Virus record (IMG/VR): IMGVR_UViG_3300025806_000014
Location: 19,617-83,616 of that record
DNA: 64,000 nucleotides
Reading direction: 5' to 3' (one strand)
Origin: a virus
The stretch's first letter is position 1, and each line of letters starts with the position of its first letter. Below the pieces are notes generated by a model. That model had not been told where the DNA came from and did no database searches. It saw only the letters and a list, made by a program, of their open reading frames with translations. Below, piece by piece: positions 20,901 to 31,422 of this stretch. The translations under genes and the position numbers were made by a program.

Positions 20901-21867
20901 CAACAGTAACGTCTACCTCTAAAGTATCACTTAATGAAGATCCTATTTTTAAAACATCAGCACCTATACTTATAGTCCTAGAACCTTCCTGTAATCTTAC
21001 TGTAACGGAATTAGTACTAGCATCAATCTGTGTTACTGTGTATCGAGTATCAATTGGTGTAGATACTACTTCTAAACTATCTCCTACTTTAAGTTGTACA
21101 GTATCAGCAAAATCAGCCTCCGAATCTGTATAAAATATTTTATTTAACTTATATAATTTTTGAACAGTTGTTTGCTCTACACCATTTACAGTTTCAGTAA
21201 CACTTTCCTCTCCAATTCTAATTACACTAAAGTTACCAGAGTATCTCTTATCTCTTGGTGGTAAATCTACTACAGCCTCGTCTAATACATAAGCTATATT
21301 CTTTTCTACAATTTGTTGTAAAAAAGTATCATAATCTATTACTGCATTCCCATTATAATTTGATTCAAAGTAATTAATTTTACTTTGTGAGTTTGTATCT
21401 AAAATGTATCTTTGTACAATAGCCCTTTCAGTATCAATAGGAGCCTGCCCTGTAATATCAAATGCTACAAATAATAATGGATTTATTAATTCCTCAAAAA
21501 ACCAATTAGGTTTAATATCAAATTCATTAATGGAATTTAATGAAGTAAGATCTTGTGCCTCGGTTGGTAATTTAGCTAAAACTAATTTTCTAAATGTACC
21601 ATCAGCTAATCTTATAGAACTATTACCGTCATTAAAGTTAGTAATAGTATTAATGTTTGTATTTAATCTGTCTACCGAATTTTTAAGAAAACCAAAACTT
21701 GGAATAGTAATCCTAGAATTTGTACCATCATTATTCTGAATGTTAACAGTTACAGAATCTCTACTTGATGTAATCGCTTGATTTACTTTCTCAAAGCTCT
21801 CCAGTGAATTGTTAAAAAGTCTTAACAGTTCCGGAAGCATTGTTTGTATTGAATTATTTTCAGCCAT
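17956..21867 (-). CDS. Large virion structural protein with coiled-coil segments
   Basis: 1303-aa ORF in the structural block. Confidence 0.65.
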   Translation of the reverse strand: MAENNSIQTMLPELLRLFNNSLESFEKVNQAITSSRDSVTVNIQNNDGTNSRITIPSFGFLKNSVDRLNTNINTITNFNDGNSSIRLADGTFRKLVLAKLPTEAQDLTSLNSINEFDIKPNWFFEELINPLLFVAFDITGQAPIDTERAIVQRYILDTNSQSKINYFESNYNGNAVIDYDTFLQQIVEKNIAYVLDEAVVDLPPRDKRYSGNFSVIRIGEESVTETVNGVEQTTVQKLYKLNKIFYTDSEADFADTVQLKVGDSLEVVSTPIDTRYTVTQIDASTNSVTVRLQEGSRTISIGADVLKIGSSLSDTLEVDVTVGFNERCVTFIKPIDPDSKIPAVNWSPGSGFYTNNLTTINAAGTQQTLADYYQQNAVDFGRYLLSFAQDKMPTSREGLTPNAPVLTSEDFSVALINGQVSNSDSIVQLKDLNNQKSTIQATLSELDVAISQSRAKIQTTNYTTEVERDSDKNALQGLITERASQAKLYSSVVTEIDSFASDNSVSSITPKYRVRGFWAMPQEKSAPETGVQDIIKFKYRYRYLSSDGAANAVDQFTYTDGSGTSQGAFSNYVIVDSVLRPRVKNTITGLYEWVAINDDNADAVNINQLDIPIRKGEQVEIQVKSISEAGWPANPLESEWSTAIRVEFPADLSSDSALESILTQNQEDLALVSLNENLESIGLPTHLSSSFTANETYFAHSSPVIASGFLSENQTPIDLFTKLQDMQNQLDLFSEILSSAQGELVTTLVDDTGNTFNLRRNATTKVFAGFYSQEVDGLDDPRGAIVSKTYFINIANRSQTALQLIARITGNRSRMVKQSENPGLYSPTNTGSIINGSVILPATYSWLDNSKDNQSNDRATYRGDDADYNTIRKYDLSPILLTNPDVTASTKYGQMVSQPPFQSTQNKNQFIYSRFADVSAEGNFYSYLNADLPTNGYTFNLDTLENFYNAPAATTVSDPTTQFIWGGGFLDTGLPTTTASYPGSQTPADNLVSVSIAHPFLTNYTAYKAAYESLTGDINTLPVIIPGGGIDCTVAGNGTAAVLFRQSKFSPLTSDSPYGKQQGIYLNENVTDLYNLSTATGAPYAGLTFDTGQVLQPSPSLSSAALVNLWDTTAAGYITGGYSRNAKNSFEGFDQYTLGRQSCGSYLFISSDNHLNIQVDGDSIQSREVIQFGQQNAVSVPLVFQYRMTDYFGTTSGTGLGNIGGDETGSTVNLTYTKRIGFDLYPNNSDVVQFDIEVSANYRSDRLSIDVFPKATVTKGLSDLEKVVSALRPSLTQTAVSTRSGGGGGGRSGANTFIGEADL

Positions 21868-21890
21868 TATCTAGGTTTCAATTTTATTAT

Positions 21891-24053
21891 TTATTTGATG
21901 CAATCATATACAAAACTTAACACTCCTTGCTCTGTACAAATTAGATCAATTATTGGAATGTTAGTATTGCTTAATTTAGCATTAGGTATAGTTGCAGCCA
22001 ATTTTCCAAATGAACCAGTATTAAGTCTACTTGGAGAATCGGTATATATTTTTATATCACGAGATCCCATAAGAGGAATGTTGTTAAATGTTAGTCTTAC
22101 TGTTTGTCCAGTTCTCCACTGAATATCAGTATCATCAATATAAATAGCTAAATCACCAGCAGCTGTATTTATAGTATCTAGTCTTAACATATTTGTATAT
22201 GTTCCTAAATCTACAAATACCCTAGGATCAACTACATTTAAGTTTAATGGTGCAACTGTAGTAATTGGAACATTACCAGCATCTACTGGTACCATTAAAT
22301 TATATGCTTGCACATTATTAGATATTTGAATTTGATTAGGTGTGTTAGTGTTAACTGTTATACCTGTTCCTTGTCTAACAACTTCAGTGTTATATTGTAA
22401 AGTAGTAGCAACCTCACCGTTAGCTAATGCTTGAATTTCATCAGAGTTTTTAGCAATTAAATCTAACAATGTAGTACTACTTGCAAAAGCCAATGAAGCA
22501 TTATCAATTTGTGTTTGTAAACTATTAATTTGCGACTGTAAGAATGCAGATGTACTAACTGAATTAAGAGTATTCTCAACAGCAGCTAATCTTAATTCCA
22601 TGTCAGCTATCTCTAATTGCTGTCTTTGGAATATTTGAGCCGATGCTTGTAACTGCGCAGATGCATCTGAAAATAATCCCATTGAAAAAGTATTATAATC
22701 ATTTACAATTGTATCAATACCTGCAGTACCAGGAGAAGCATCAAATCTTAAATTAATTTTAAATCCATAACTATTACCATTTTGGCCAGTTGTAAGATTA
22801 GGTTTATATTTCGGGTATCTTTGAATATATCCTCCATCAGTTGTAGGAGTTATATTGTCTAAAATTAAAATACCGTATAAGTTTGTTTTAGTTTTGCTAG
22901 AATCACTTAAGTCTACCATATCATAGTAAACCGCAACTGCATTAAATTCAAATGATTCAGCTAAGTCAGTTCCATTAAATTGTGGAATAGTACTTATTGT
23001 AGCATCTTGTACAATTTGTTGATAATCATTAGGATTAAAATCTACAGATATGCCATCAAGCTCAGATCTTACATATGCAGATCCGGTAAACCCAGTAGGA
23101 TTATTATAATCTGCTGGATATTTTCTAATGTTAGCATTAAGAACACTTTCAAATGTAGTTGGTTCTGTGAAGTAAGCATCTACAGTATTAGGAGGTGTTG
23201 TTTCATCCATCCAGTTACCACCAGAAATTGGTAGTGCTGGGTCTGTTATTGAAGCCGTAGCATAAGGTAAAGTATACCCAGCAGGTCCTGCACCTTGTAA
23301 AGGTTGGTCATAATCATAATAAGCAAATATGTCTAATCCTTGTGGGTGGACTGTTGCTGAATTCCTTCCCATTATATACTCGCTTGTACCTTGGATTTTT
23401 AATGATGGTTGATAGTTATTATCAGATACTGAATCAAAGAGGATTGTAGGTGTTCTACCCACCTCTGTCGGTACATTAATATATAATTCCGTATAAGCTT
23501 CTCCGGCTTTATCTACATTATTTACAATATCAATTTCACCAATATATCTAACTACTCTTCTATACTGTCGAGTCCCAGATAAAACTTCATCTTCTTCAAC
23601 AAATCTTTTATCTGTAATACTACTTGCTTTCTCTAATGCAGTAGCTTCTCTAAATCGCATAGCACCAGTTTCCTTTAACCATTTAAAGAATACTCTTTCT
23701 GTAACTGTTAGGTTAGTTGTGTTATCATATGTTGCATCACTGATAATAAGTTCTTCTAAATTCAGCGCGTAGTTTTGAAGACTTTCAGTAAAATTAACAT
23801 TAGGATCACCTTTTAAGCCACCACTCCATATTGCACCATCTATTGTATCAAACTGCATATAGTTCTGAAAATTACTAAATGTGGTTGGATCTAATCTATC
23901 CATATCAGGTAGATTAAGAAGCACAAACTTAGAAAAGACTAACTTTAACTCATCATTATTGAGAGTTCTAGATAAGTCTTTAGCAGAGGAAGAGAACGTG
24001 TAAAATGTTCCCCCGTCTGCTTGCGGAGTTCTGATTAAGGGCGTTGTTGCCAT
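21891..24053 (-). CDS. Virion structural protein (baseplate/fibre-associated)
   Basis: 720 aa with coiled coil QLQASAQIFQRQQLE...; structural context. Confidence 0.6.
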   Translation of the reverse strand: MATTPLIRTPQADGGTFYTFSSSAKDLSRTLNNDELKLVFSKFVLLNLPDMDRLDPTTFSNFQNYMQFDTIDGAIWSGGLKGDPNVNFTESLQNYALNLEELIISDATYDNTTNLTVTERVFFKWLKETGAMRFREATALEKASSITDKRFVEEDEVLSGTRQYRRVVRYIGEIDIVNNVDKAGEAYTELYINVPTEVGRTPTILFDSVSDNNYQPSLKIQGTSEYIMGRNSATVHPQGLDIFAYYDYDQPLQGAGPAGYTLPYATASITDPALPISGGNWMDETTPPNTVDAYFTEPTTFESVLNANIRKYPADYNNPTGFTGSAYVRSELDGISVDFNPNDYQQIVQDATISTIPQFNGTDLAESFEFNAVAVYYDMVDLSDSSKTKTNLYGILILDNITPTTDGGYIQRYPKYKPNLTTGQNGNSYGFKINLRFDASPGTAGIDTIVNDYNTFSMGLFSDASAQLQASAQIFQRQQLEIADMELRLAAVENTLNSVSTSAFLQSQINSLQTQIDNASLAFASSTTLLDLIAKNSDEIQALANGEVATTLQYNTEVVRQGTGITVNTNTPNQIQISNNVQAYNLMVPVDAGNVPITTVAPLNLNVVDPRVFVDLGTYTNMLRLDTINTAAGDLAIYIDDTDIQWRTGQTVRLTFNNIPLMGSRDIKIYTDSPSRLNTGSFGKLAATIPNAKLSNTNIPIIDLICTEQGVLSFVYDCIK

Positions 24054-24075
24054 GTATTTTTTCTTTCTTTAATTA

Positions 24076-24720
24076 TTATGATAGTACATATCCTTGTCCA
24101 CCAACTATGTACCAAACTGGAACGCCTGATCCATTGTCAATTGCCAAAAGATGTACACTTTCTCCTACTGCATTTAAAGTAATGTAATCATTAGTACCTG
24201 TTGTAACTAAGTTACTTGAGATACCTTGGATTTGTACACTACCGCTACCTTCGGTGCAAATAAAGAAAATTTCTTGTCCTATACTTCCACTATATAAAGT
24301 AAGTGCTAATGTATTTGTAATATCTGTATTACCACACCTATTAATTGAATAAGGTGGAATTGCAGTACTATTACCAACATTAATTGCCATACCTGCTCCA
24401 GCTGTGGTATCATTAAGAGGTGTAGGGTTTGTATCATTTCTGAATATAGCACCACCATTTAAATTTAAATTACCAGTCATTTTGACATTTGTTAAAATAT
24501 CAAAAGTACTAGCATTAATATCAAGTAGTATTGTACTAAGCCCAACTCTCAATGCCTCAGTTGAAAGATTGTTTAAATTAGTGATTGTACCTGCGGTTGG
24601 AGCAAAGTATGTCTCCATCGCATTAATTTCACTAGCAAGAACATTAAAGTTATCATTAATTACTAACCTCGATCCTGATAAAGAATCGGTTCCTAAAATT
24701 TCTGTTACGCTGATTGCCAT
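24076..24720 (-). CDS. Short fibre/baseplate appendage protein
   Basis: N-terminus EILGTDSLSGSRLVINDNF resembles the N-terminus of the 10122..13139 fibre. Confidence 0.55.
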   Translation of the reverse strand: MAISVTEILGTDSLSGSRLVINDNFNVLASEINAMETYFAPTAGTITNLNNLSTEALRVGLSTILLDINASTFDILTNVKMTGNLNLNGGAIFRNDTNPTPLNDTTAGAGMAINVGNSTAIPPYSINRCGNTDITNTLALTLYSGSIGQEIFFICTEGSGSVQIQGISSNLVTTGTNDYITLNAVGESVHLLAIDNGSGVPVWYIVGGQGYVLS

Positions 24721-24721
24721 T

Positions 24722-27700
24722 TTATTTTGTTTGTTTTATATTTAAGATATTTCTACCTTTTTTATATTTATTCCCATTCGTATCTGTAAGTTCTAATGTT
24801 ATCATATACTTTCCTGGGTCTTTAAAAAGATATGTTAGATACTTGCTTTCAAAATATATATCAGCCACTGATGAGTTAGTAGTATTGGAGATGGTCCATC
24901 TAGGAGCATCCTTTCCAACTATTCTACATTTATCATAGACAAACATGGCCCATGACATCGGTGGTAATACTTTTCCATCATTAATAAACTTAGCAGTTCC
25001 CCATGTAGGATTGCTAGTTATACTTTGGCTTGATTTATAAATTCTACTTAAACAATCTACATTTCCACCCGATGGTAATCTTTCAAATGGTACATAACCA
25101 GATGGATTACTCGGTAGTGCAAATATTGAATTTAATGTAGTAGTGTTAGGCTTTACTAATAGCTTACTTATATAATTTGTATATAGAGCATGACCTAACG
25201 GATTGTTTGATTCAACTAATATAGGAGTATCGGCAGTCCATTCAGGTGCTAAAGTTCCACCACTTACATAAGTAGTAATAAAATCCCACTCTGCATAAAT
25301 TAACAAGTATAAATACTCTCTCATTAATAATGCATTAAATTCATCTAGCGACTGCCCAGGCTGCTGTGTGTAGCCTGATGTATCAAATACACCGTTTGAA
25401 ATTGCTTCGGCCATTGCTGTATAGGTTGGCCCATATGCTGATGTTTGATTAAATACATTAGGATATGCACCAGGCAAACCAAATGTTGTTATAGTATGAA
25501 GCAAATGTTCTAATACTTCTGTAATTTGGGCCTGCGGTGTAAGACCGTCATTTTGCCAAATAAAATCAACGTTTGCATTATTATCATTAGTTTGATCCCA
25601 CCCTGCTAAATCCTCTAAAGCTGGTGTATATGAACCCATCCCAATATAACCTATTCTTTGAATTGTTTTTAGTGATTGCATTTTTGCCAATACTGCTGCT
25701 TGTTTATTATAAATTATTCCAGCACTATCAGGATTTAATATCATTTCAGCACACCTTGCAATTTTTTCTACAAAAGCATCCTTAACAGCCGGTGCTCCAC
25801 TTATTGCACCTACTGAAAGTAAAGTCATTCCATTTATTGGTAATGCTTTAGCAAAAGGTGGGTATACTGTTGTTGCTGCTATTGGCCCACCAACATAATC
25901 TGTAGAATTACCAGTACCACTTGCACAAACTCTAAGTCCATTTGAATCTACAATATCTACTGATTTAAAATCTCCATGTTTGCCATAATATCTAGAAACT
26001 GCTTGAACAAACATTTCACTATTAATAGAATTTAAAACTAAGTTATAAACATATTTATTAATAATAGGATTAGTGCTAACATTAAGCTGACTAACAGCAT
26101 CTCCTAATGTAAGAGTTGATGCATCAAAGAAATGAGTACCTACTGTATTATCAAGCTCTGTAATTTGCAAATAAGTATTAGGCTTCATTTCACTAAACTG
26201 AAAAAATGCAGGAGTGTCACCAGTTGTAGCAGTCATTTCCCACCATAAGTGATAAGCATTATTCCAAGTACATAATGGACGATTTAAATTTTTCCATTGA
26301 TAAGGGCCACTAAAACTAGCCTTACCATCATCTTGATAATTTAATAATTGAAAGTCTGTTGATGTTCCGATACCAAAAGTATTTAATATAGCATTAACTC
26401 TATCAAGAGAATCATATAAGCTTGGTGTTTCTTCATCCCATGTTACTGTAGGTGATTGTGGTAAATTCCATAAAGATCCATAATTTTTCCATGTATATTT
26501 TCCTTCACTACTCCATGTATATCTTTCCTTTCTTCCTTGATACCATCCTGAATATTCTACTTCTCTAGCATCTACACAAATTGCATCATGTTTTACTGAT
26601 GATGAAATATTATTATATAAATCAAATAATTTCATTTCAACATTATAACTACCAACATAAGGTAAGGTTAAAGGGAGAGTTCCGTATTGTCCTATAGTTC
26701 CTCTTATTTGAAAAAAGTATGCAGGTGAAACATCAGATGCATCTTTATAAATTGTCCATTCTATTTCTGCAAAATTACCTGATTCTAAACCATCCCACGT
26801 AAATAAAGTTTCACCAGGTAATTGAATATCAGTAAACTGCCCACCGCTCGCAGGGTTTGCTAAAGTAGCGCTTGCAACAAATCGATTAACATCGTTTCCA
26901 TAACCTCTAATACATGGACCTATTTCATTAGTAACCTGTGACCAATCAAACCATAACCACGGATCAACTTGTGCCGTTTTAAACGCAGCTACTTGATTAA
27001 ATATCGAAGTTGTAATTGTCTGTATAGTATCTCCTGCAACTACTGTATGTGTTGCAGAGGTTCCTGTCGCAGGATCGCTTAATTTATAAACATCACCAAC
27101 AGCTGCACCTTGAACATTAAAATCAAAAGTAAAAAAATCATTAGCATTTGTTAACTGTTCCCAAGTGCTATCAATATTATCCCATGTTAAATTATTAAAG
27201 CTATCATTAGTTAAAGTAATTAATGCACCGGCTTTAGCACCAGGTTGATCTGGTAAATATTCAGAAGAATACCCTTGCTTATAATCTAAACCTGCCACTT
27301 TATTTAAGTTAGGTGCATATCTTGCAAAATAAGCAGCATAGACACCAGCAACGTCTTTTAGCTGTACATTACCACCATTCTGTAAAGCACCTAGTACACT
27401 ATTAGGATCAGGCCCAATTGGTGGTGGTGGTAAAATTTGACCAGGAGTATAATTCATTAACATATTTTGCCCTACTGAAGCGGCACCTGCAGATAGTGGC
27501 GCAATATAAGCATTACAATAATTAATTATAGCCTGCCCCACAACAGCGGCTTCATCTAAACAAAATGAATCAAAAGTTCTTAAGTCTTCTATATAAGTAC
27601 ATGCAGCTGGAAAAACTTTAAAATCAGTATTAATACCAGCTTTTATAGTATTTGTATCATTTCTACTTATAGTGTTGGTAACCTCTAATAATCCAAAGAA

Positions 27701-28852
27701 ATCAGCTTCTGCCGTAATACCTTTAATACGAGCATTAAGAGGAAGGTATTCATTTTCTAATTTTCTTTTTAAACCAAATAGTTTAATTAAGATTTCCTCA
27801 ATAGTAAAATCTTGCAATTCTTCTGTTACTGGTAAATCCTCATCTGTAAATTTCCCAGGGACTATTTTATTAATTCTATAAATAAGACTAAATAAACTAG
27901 TCTTTCTAAAGTTTTTGTTTGGTAATGTTATTTGCTTATCATCAAACTGAGCAGTAGGAGAAAATAAATCTATTGAATTGCTTTGTATGTATTTTCCAAA
28001 TTGTGGAGAATTAGCATTTACATTTCTCCAAAATTCTTTAAGCTTTAAATTATCATAACCAAAAAACTTAATAGCATTTATTAAACCTTTATAAGAACCG
28101 ATAAAAGGATATATGTTATTTCCTTCCATCATAATTTCTTTACGCTTAAGATTAATCTCTACATAATCAGGTAATGCTTCTTTTATATTAGTTTCTCTAA
28201 AAACAGTACTATCAGATGCAATAACATTATAACCCATGTTTTGAGTCATAACTCTTAATCTCTCATCTTCTTCAATACTTTCAGCATACACCATAAATTC
28301 ACCTACAATAGTGTTAGAACATTTATCAGTTATGATTAGTTTTCTCCTATAAGTATTTTCAAATTCAGATGAAAATGTTATATCAACCTGTAATGCTTCA
28401 GATTTAATTTGATCTGTTATAATAAAACCTGCAGCATTTGTAGTTTGATCAGGATCGTATTGCAAAGGTGCAACTAATTTATCAACCTTTATTAATGGCG
28501 GGCCATCAGGTTCTTGTACTAATGCTGATTGTGTACCTGTATTAAAATCTTTGTTAAATTGAAATAAAAATATTTGATTAGGCTTTGTGGTTTTCCAACT
28601 TACTTCCCAATCACAAGTACTGCCTGTAGGATCAGGCTGGTTGTAACCATGTGGATAACCAAATTTAAAAGTACCACTATCCTTGTCTATCATTTTTTGC
28701 AAAATGAATATTTGGTTTACTTCAAATAAATCAATAGAAACTTGTGGCAAGAAAATGTCACCAGTCCACTTGTCAGTAGAACTGTCATATGCCATATTGT
28801 AATTCTTCCCATACTTATCGAAGAAATATAAATGTTGCCAATTTTTGGTCAC
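24722..28852 (-). CDS. Large baseplate-wedge-like protein with an inserted zincin-like domain and PKD-like C-terminus
   Basis: GSYKGLINAIKFFGY..LKEFW wedge-like motif; internal EVLEHLLHT...REYLY; ends F.DPGKYMITLELTDTNGN; GTG start. Confidence 0.6.
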   Translation of the reverse strand: MTKNWQHLYFFDKYGKNYNMAYDSSTDKWTGDIFLPQVSIDLFEVNQIFILQKMIDKDSGTFKFGYPHGYNQPDPTGSTCDWEVSWKTTKPNQIFLFQFNKDFNTGTQSALVQEPDGPPLIKVDKLVAPLQYDPDQTTNAAGFIITDQIKSEALQVDITFSSEFENTYRRKLIITDKCSNTIVGEFMVYAESIEEDERLRVMTQNMGYNVIASDSTVFRETNIKEALPDYVEINLKRKEIMMEGNNIYPFIGSYKGLINAIKFFGYDNLKLKEFWRNVNANSPQFGKYIQSNSIDLFSPTAQFDDKQITLPNKNFRKTSLFSLIYRINKIVPGKFTDEDLPVTEELQDFTIEEILIKLFGLKRKLENEYLPLNARIKGITAEADFFGLLEVTNTISRNDTNTIKAGINTDFKVFPAACTYIEDLRTFDSFCLDEAAVVGQAIINYCNAYIAPLSAGAASVGQNMLMNYTPGQILPPPPIGPDPNSVLGALQNGGNVQLKDVAGVYAAYFARYAPNLNKVAGLDYKQGYSSEYLPDQPGAKAGALITLTNDSFNNLTWDNIDSTWEQLTNANDFFTFDFNVQGAAVGDVYKLSDPATGTSATHTVVAGDTIQTITTSIFNQVAAFKTAQVDPWLWFDWSQVTNEIGPCIRGYGNDVNRFVASATLANPASGGQFTDIQLPGETLFTWDGLESGNFAEIEWTIYKDASDVSPAYFFQIRGTIGQYGTLPLTLPYVGSYNVEMKLFDLYNNISSSVKHDAICVDAREVEYSGWYQGRKERYTWSSEGKYTWKNYGSLWNLPQSPTVTWDEETPSLYDSLDRVNAILNTFGIGTSTDFQLLNYQDDGKASFSGPYQWKNLNRPLCTWNNAYHLWWEMTATTGDTPAFFQFSEMKPNTYLQITELDNTVGTHFFDASTLTLGDAVSQLNVSTNPIINKYVYNLVLNSINSEMFVQAVSRYYGKHGDFKSVDIVDSNGLRVCASGTGNSTDYVGGPIAATTVYPPFAKALPINGMTLLSVGAISGAPAVKDAFVEKIARCAEMILNPDSAGIIYNKQAAVLAKMQSLKTIQRIGYIGMGSYTPALEDLAGWDQTNDNNANVDFIWQNDGLTPQAQITEVLEHLLHTITTFGLPGAYPNVFNQTSAYGPTYTAMAEAISNGVFDTSGYTQQPGQSLDEFNALLMREYLYLLIYAEWDFITTYVSGGTLAPEWTADTPILVESNNPLGHALYTNYISKLLVKPNTTTLNSIFALPSNPSGYVPFERLPSGGNVDCLSRIYKSSQSITSNPTWGTAKFINDGKVLPPMSWAMFVYDKCRIVGKDAPRWTISNTTNSSVADIYFESKYLTYLFKDPGKYMITLELTDTNGNKYKKGRNILNIKQTK

Positions 28853-28858
28853 TATCTT

Positions 28859-29128
28859 TTAATTTATTTTTTGATACCACTTAGGAACTGCAAAATTAAA
28901 ATAAATTCTCAAGTATTTAACCCTGTTAATATAAAAGACCATAATAGGATTTAAGTAATCGGTTAAGAACTTACTAAGATGCCTATTTCTAAACATATAA
29001 GAAGACATAGAATTTTTTAATAAATCAGGAGCATAATTATATCCTGTGTTTTTTAAATCCCATCCATTTTCATATGTAGCTCTATATAAGCTAGGGAATC
29101 CTGTACTATCGTTTTTAACTGTTGCCAT
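28859..29128 (-). CDS. Small baseplate-region protein
   Basis: 89-aa ORF tightly packed between wedge genes. Confidence 0.6.
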   Translation of the reverse strand: MATVKNDSTGFPSLYRATYENGWDLKNTGYNYAPDLLKNSMSSYMFRNRHLSKFLTDYLNPIMVFYINRVKYLRIYFNFAVPKWYQKIN

Positions 29129-29129
29129 A

Positions 29130-30986
29130 TTATTCTCCTTTTAATGCTTTTAGTGTTGGTGTATTTTGCAACCTACCTGTATTTAATCCTGCTGCATTTG
29201 TACCAGTTGCTATTGTTGTACCTCTATTTCTTTTAGTGCTATTATATTTTTCTTGCTGTATTTTATTATAAAGATTATTTGCAATTGCTTCTTTATAGAA
29301 TACATTAAGAGAACTAATTTTATTAGCTTCTGGTGTAGGCTCATAAAAAGTACCATTTCTATCTTTCCATCCACCTCTAATAATAGCTATGTCATTATTT
29401 TCAATAATGATATCTCCAAAACTATCTAAACCTAATTGTGGATCTTCACCTTTCTTTAATACAATTTTTTTATTTTCTATTAGAACTCTTTGATCAGTTA
29501 CAGGATCTGTCCCATAAACTGGAATAAAGTAAAAACCATCTCTTATTGCTTTTTCATTCAACTCAGATATAAAGAATACATTTACAGAATCAATACCTTC
29601 TACATTTTCAATTATAGAAATAATATCAGATCTTGGAATCCTATCTCTTCTATTTACATTTAAGAAATATTCATCTAAATTTTTTCTAATTTCAATTCTT
29701 ATAGAATCTTTATCATAATTATCAAACCATCTTACTACAATATTAAGAGCATATTTTTTAACAACTGGATCTACTATTCTAGTTTCAGCAGTAACAACCT
29801 GTCTTCCGCTCTTATTTAAAATTTCATAAGTCATTTCCTTTTCTTGTGTAGTCATAGTAAACTCTACTTCAGGTACACTAAAATAATCTAAATCACTTGT
29901 TAACTTTTTCTTTACATCTGGAATTAAGAATAGGTAAATAATATTGTCATCATCTAAGTATTCATCATTCTTAGTATTATAAGCATCTATAAAAGACCAA
30001 AAATCATACTTACTTAAATAGTAAATATAATTATTAGGATTTGCTAATACAAATGAATTACTTGCATAAGGTGCAATCAACCTAGTAAATTGTGGATCTT
30101 CAGAATCAGATCCAAACATTGGATTTCTTGTAATGTTTATAGAAAGAATTTCATTTAAATCAGCCTGTTCTCCAGATGAATCTGTTCCTGGGTCTATAAA
30201 TTTAATATCTAATTGTTTACCTCCAATATTTCCAGCCACACCCCTAGTCTTAACATATGTAACTCTAATTCTAGAACCTAATGCAGGCGGTTCTCCAAAT
30301 TGATTATTTCCAAAAAATACACTTAATCCACCATTAACACTAGTTTTAACCATCGCGCATTTCTCTCCGTTATTCATGTCATATATTGAATCAACTAATT
30401 TCCATAATTTTCCGTCAACAAAAACCTCAACTAAATATTGATCAGTAGGGTCCTTAGTAGTTAAGTTATAACTTTGTAATGGATTACCTGTACCAGTAAA
30501 GGCTTGATCTTCTTTTTCACCTTGAACAATTTCAACATTAACAAATGATTTGGTAGTTTTATCTAGTCTAATAAAATCGCTATTAAACTTTAAAAAGTAA
30601 GTTAAACTATTTTGCCCTACTTGAAAACTTGCACCATTCATAATTTGTACATAGTCACCATTAAGGAGGGTAGATGCACTTGTGTTTAAACGTAATCCAA
30701 TAATACCTCTTGCAGATATACCTCTTGTAGGGTCATGACCGGTTAATCTAGATAAACCGTAGATAGATTCAATGTTTCGTGCGCGAGATATATTCAGCTC
30801 TGTGGCAATTGCTTCTATATAGAAAAATATCAACTCCCCTAAGTTAGACACAACAGTTAATATCTGGCCAAATGGTGAAGCCGGGGTAAATGTTTCTATG
30901 GCTTGATCGTAGGTACGCTGTAGGTATTCAAATGAATCTTCAAATAACTCAGTGGCTTTTAATCTTGTTTTACTAAAAAATGACAT
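29130..30986 (-). CDS. Baseplate wedge protein (T4 gp6-like)
   Basis: ELNISRAR..SIYGLSRLTGH, VFFGNNQFGEPP, IRVTYVKTRGVAGN; next to a gp25-like gene. Confidence 0.75.
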   Translation of the reverse strand: MSFFSKTRLKATELFEDSFEYLQRTYDQAIETFTPASPFGQILTVVSNLGELIFFYIEAIATELNISRARNIESIYGLSRLTGHDPTRGISARGIIGLRLNTSASTLLNGDYVQIMNGASFQVGQNSLTYFLKFNSDFIRLDKTTKSFVNVEIVQGEKEDQAFTGTGNPLQSYNLTTKDPTDQYLVEVFVDGKLWKLVDSIYDMNNGEKCAMVKTSVNGGLSVFFGNNQFGEPPALGSRIRVTYVKTRGVAGNIGGKQLDIKFIDPGTDSSGEQADLNEILSINITRNPMFGSDSEDPQFTRLIAPYASNSFVLANPNNYIYYLSKYDFWSFIDAYNTKNDEYLDDDNIIYLFLIPDVKKKLTSDLDYFSVPEVEFTMTTQEKEMTYEILNKSGRQVVTAETRIVDPVVKKYALNIVVRWFDNYDKDSIRIEIRKNLDEYFLNVNRRDRIPRSDIISIIENVEGIDSVNVFFISELNEKAIRDGFYFIPVYGTDPVTDQRVLIENKKIVLKKGEDPQLGLDSFGDIIIENNDIAIIRGGWKDRNGTFYEPTPEANKISSLNVFYKEAIANNLYNKIQQEKYNSTKRNRGTTIATGTNAAGLNTGRLQNTPTLKALKGE

Positions 30987-30999
30987 TCATTCTATTATT

Positions 31000-31362
31000 T
31001 TAAAAAAGAGCTCCTAAAACTCTTTCTTCATTTACAAAAATATCTACTAAACAACCATCTCTCTCCAATGTTGAAAAGAAACTTACTTTAGTATCTACAC
31101 TAAAGCCAGCAATATCTGGTAAACAGTATGCAGTTATCTGGCTATTAATATTGTTCTGTATAGTATTCTCACTTAATACCAATGAAAATATTAATTCATC
31201 TAGATTAGCTCCCATACCAGGTGAACCTAAAACATCACCCTTTGTTGTAAATAGGCAGTTTTCTATCTTAATAATTAATTGAGATAAAGTATCACTAACC
31301 TCTAAAGTATTATCATTAAACTTTGGGGCTAATGCATCTCTGCTATAAATATCTCTAATCAT
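31000..31362 (-). CDS. Baseplate gp25-like protein
   Basis: LFTTKGDVLGSPGMGANLDELIF pattern; 120 aa. Confidence 0.7.
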   Translation of the reverse strand: MIRDIYSRDALAPKFNDNTLEVSDTLSQLIIKIENCLFTTKGDVLGSPGMGANLDELIFSLVLSENTIQNNINSQITAYCLPDIAGFSVDTKVSFFSTLERDGCLVDIFVNEERVLGALF

Positions 31363-31422
31363 AAAAGAATACTAATTTTTTATTATATATTCTCTTTTAA
31401 TTTAATAGCTTTCAGATTATAA

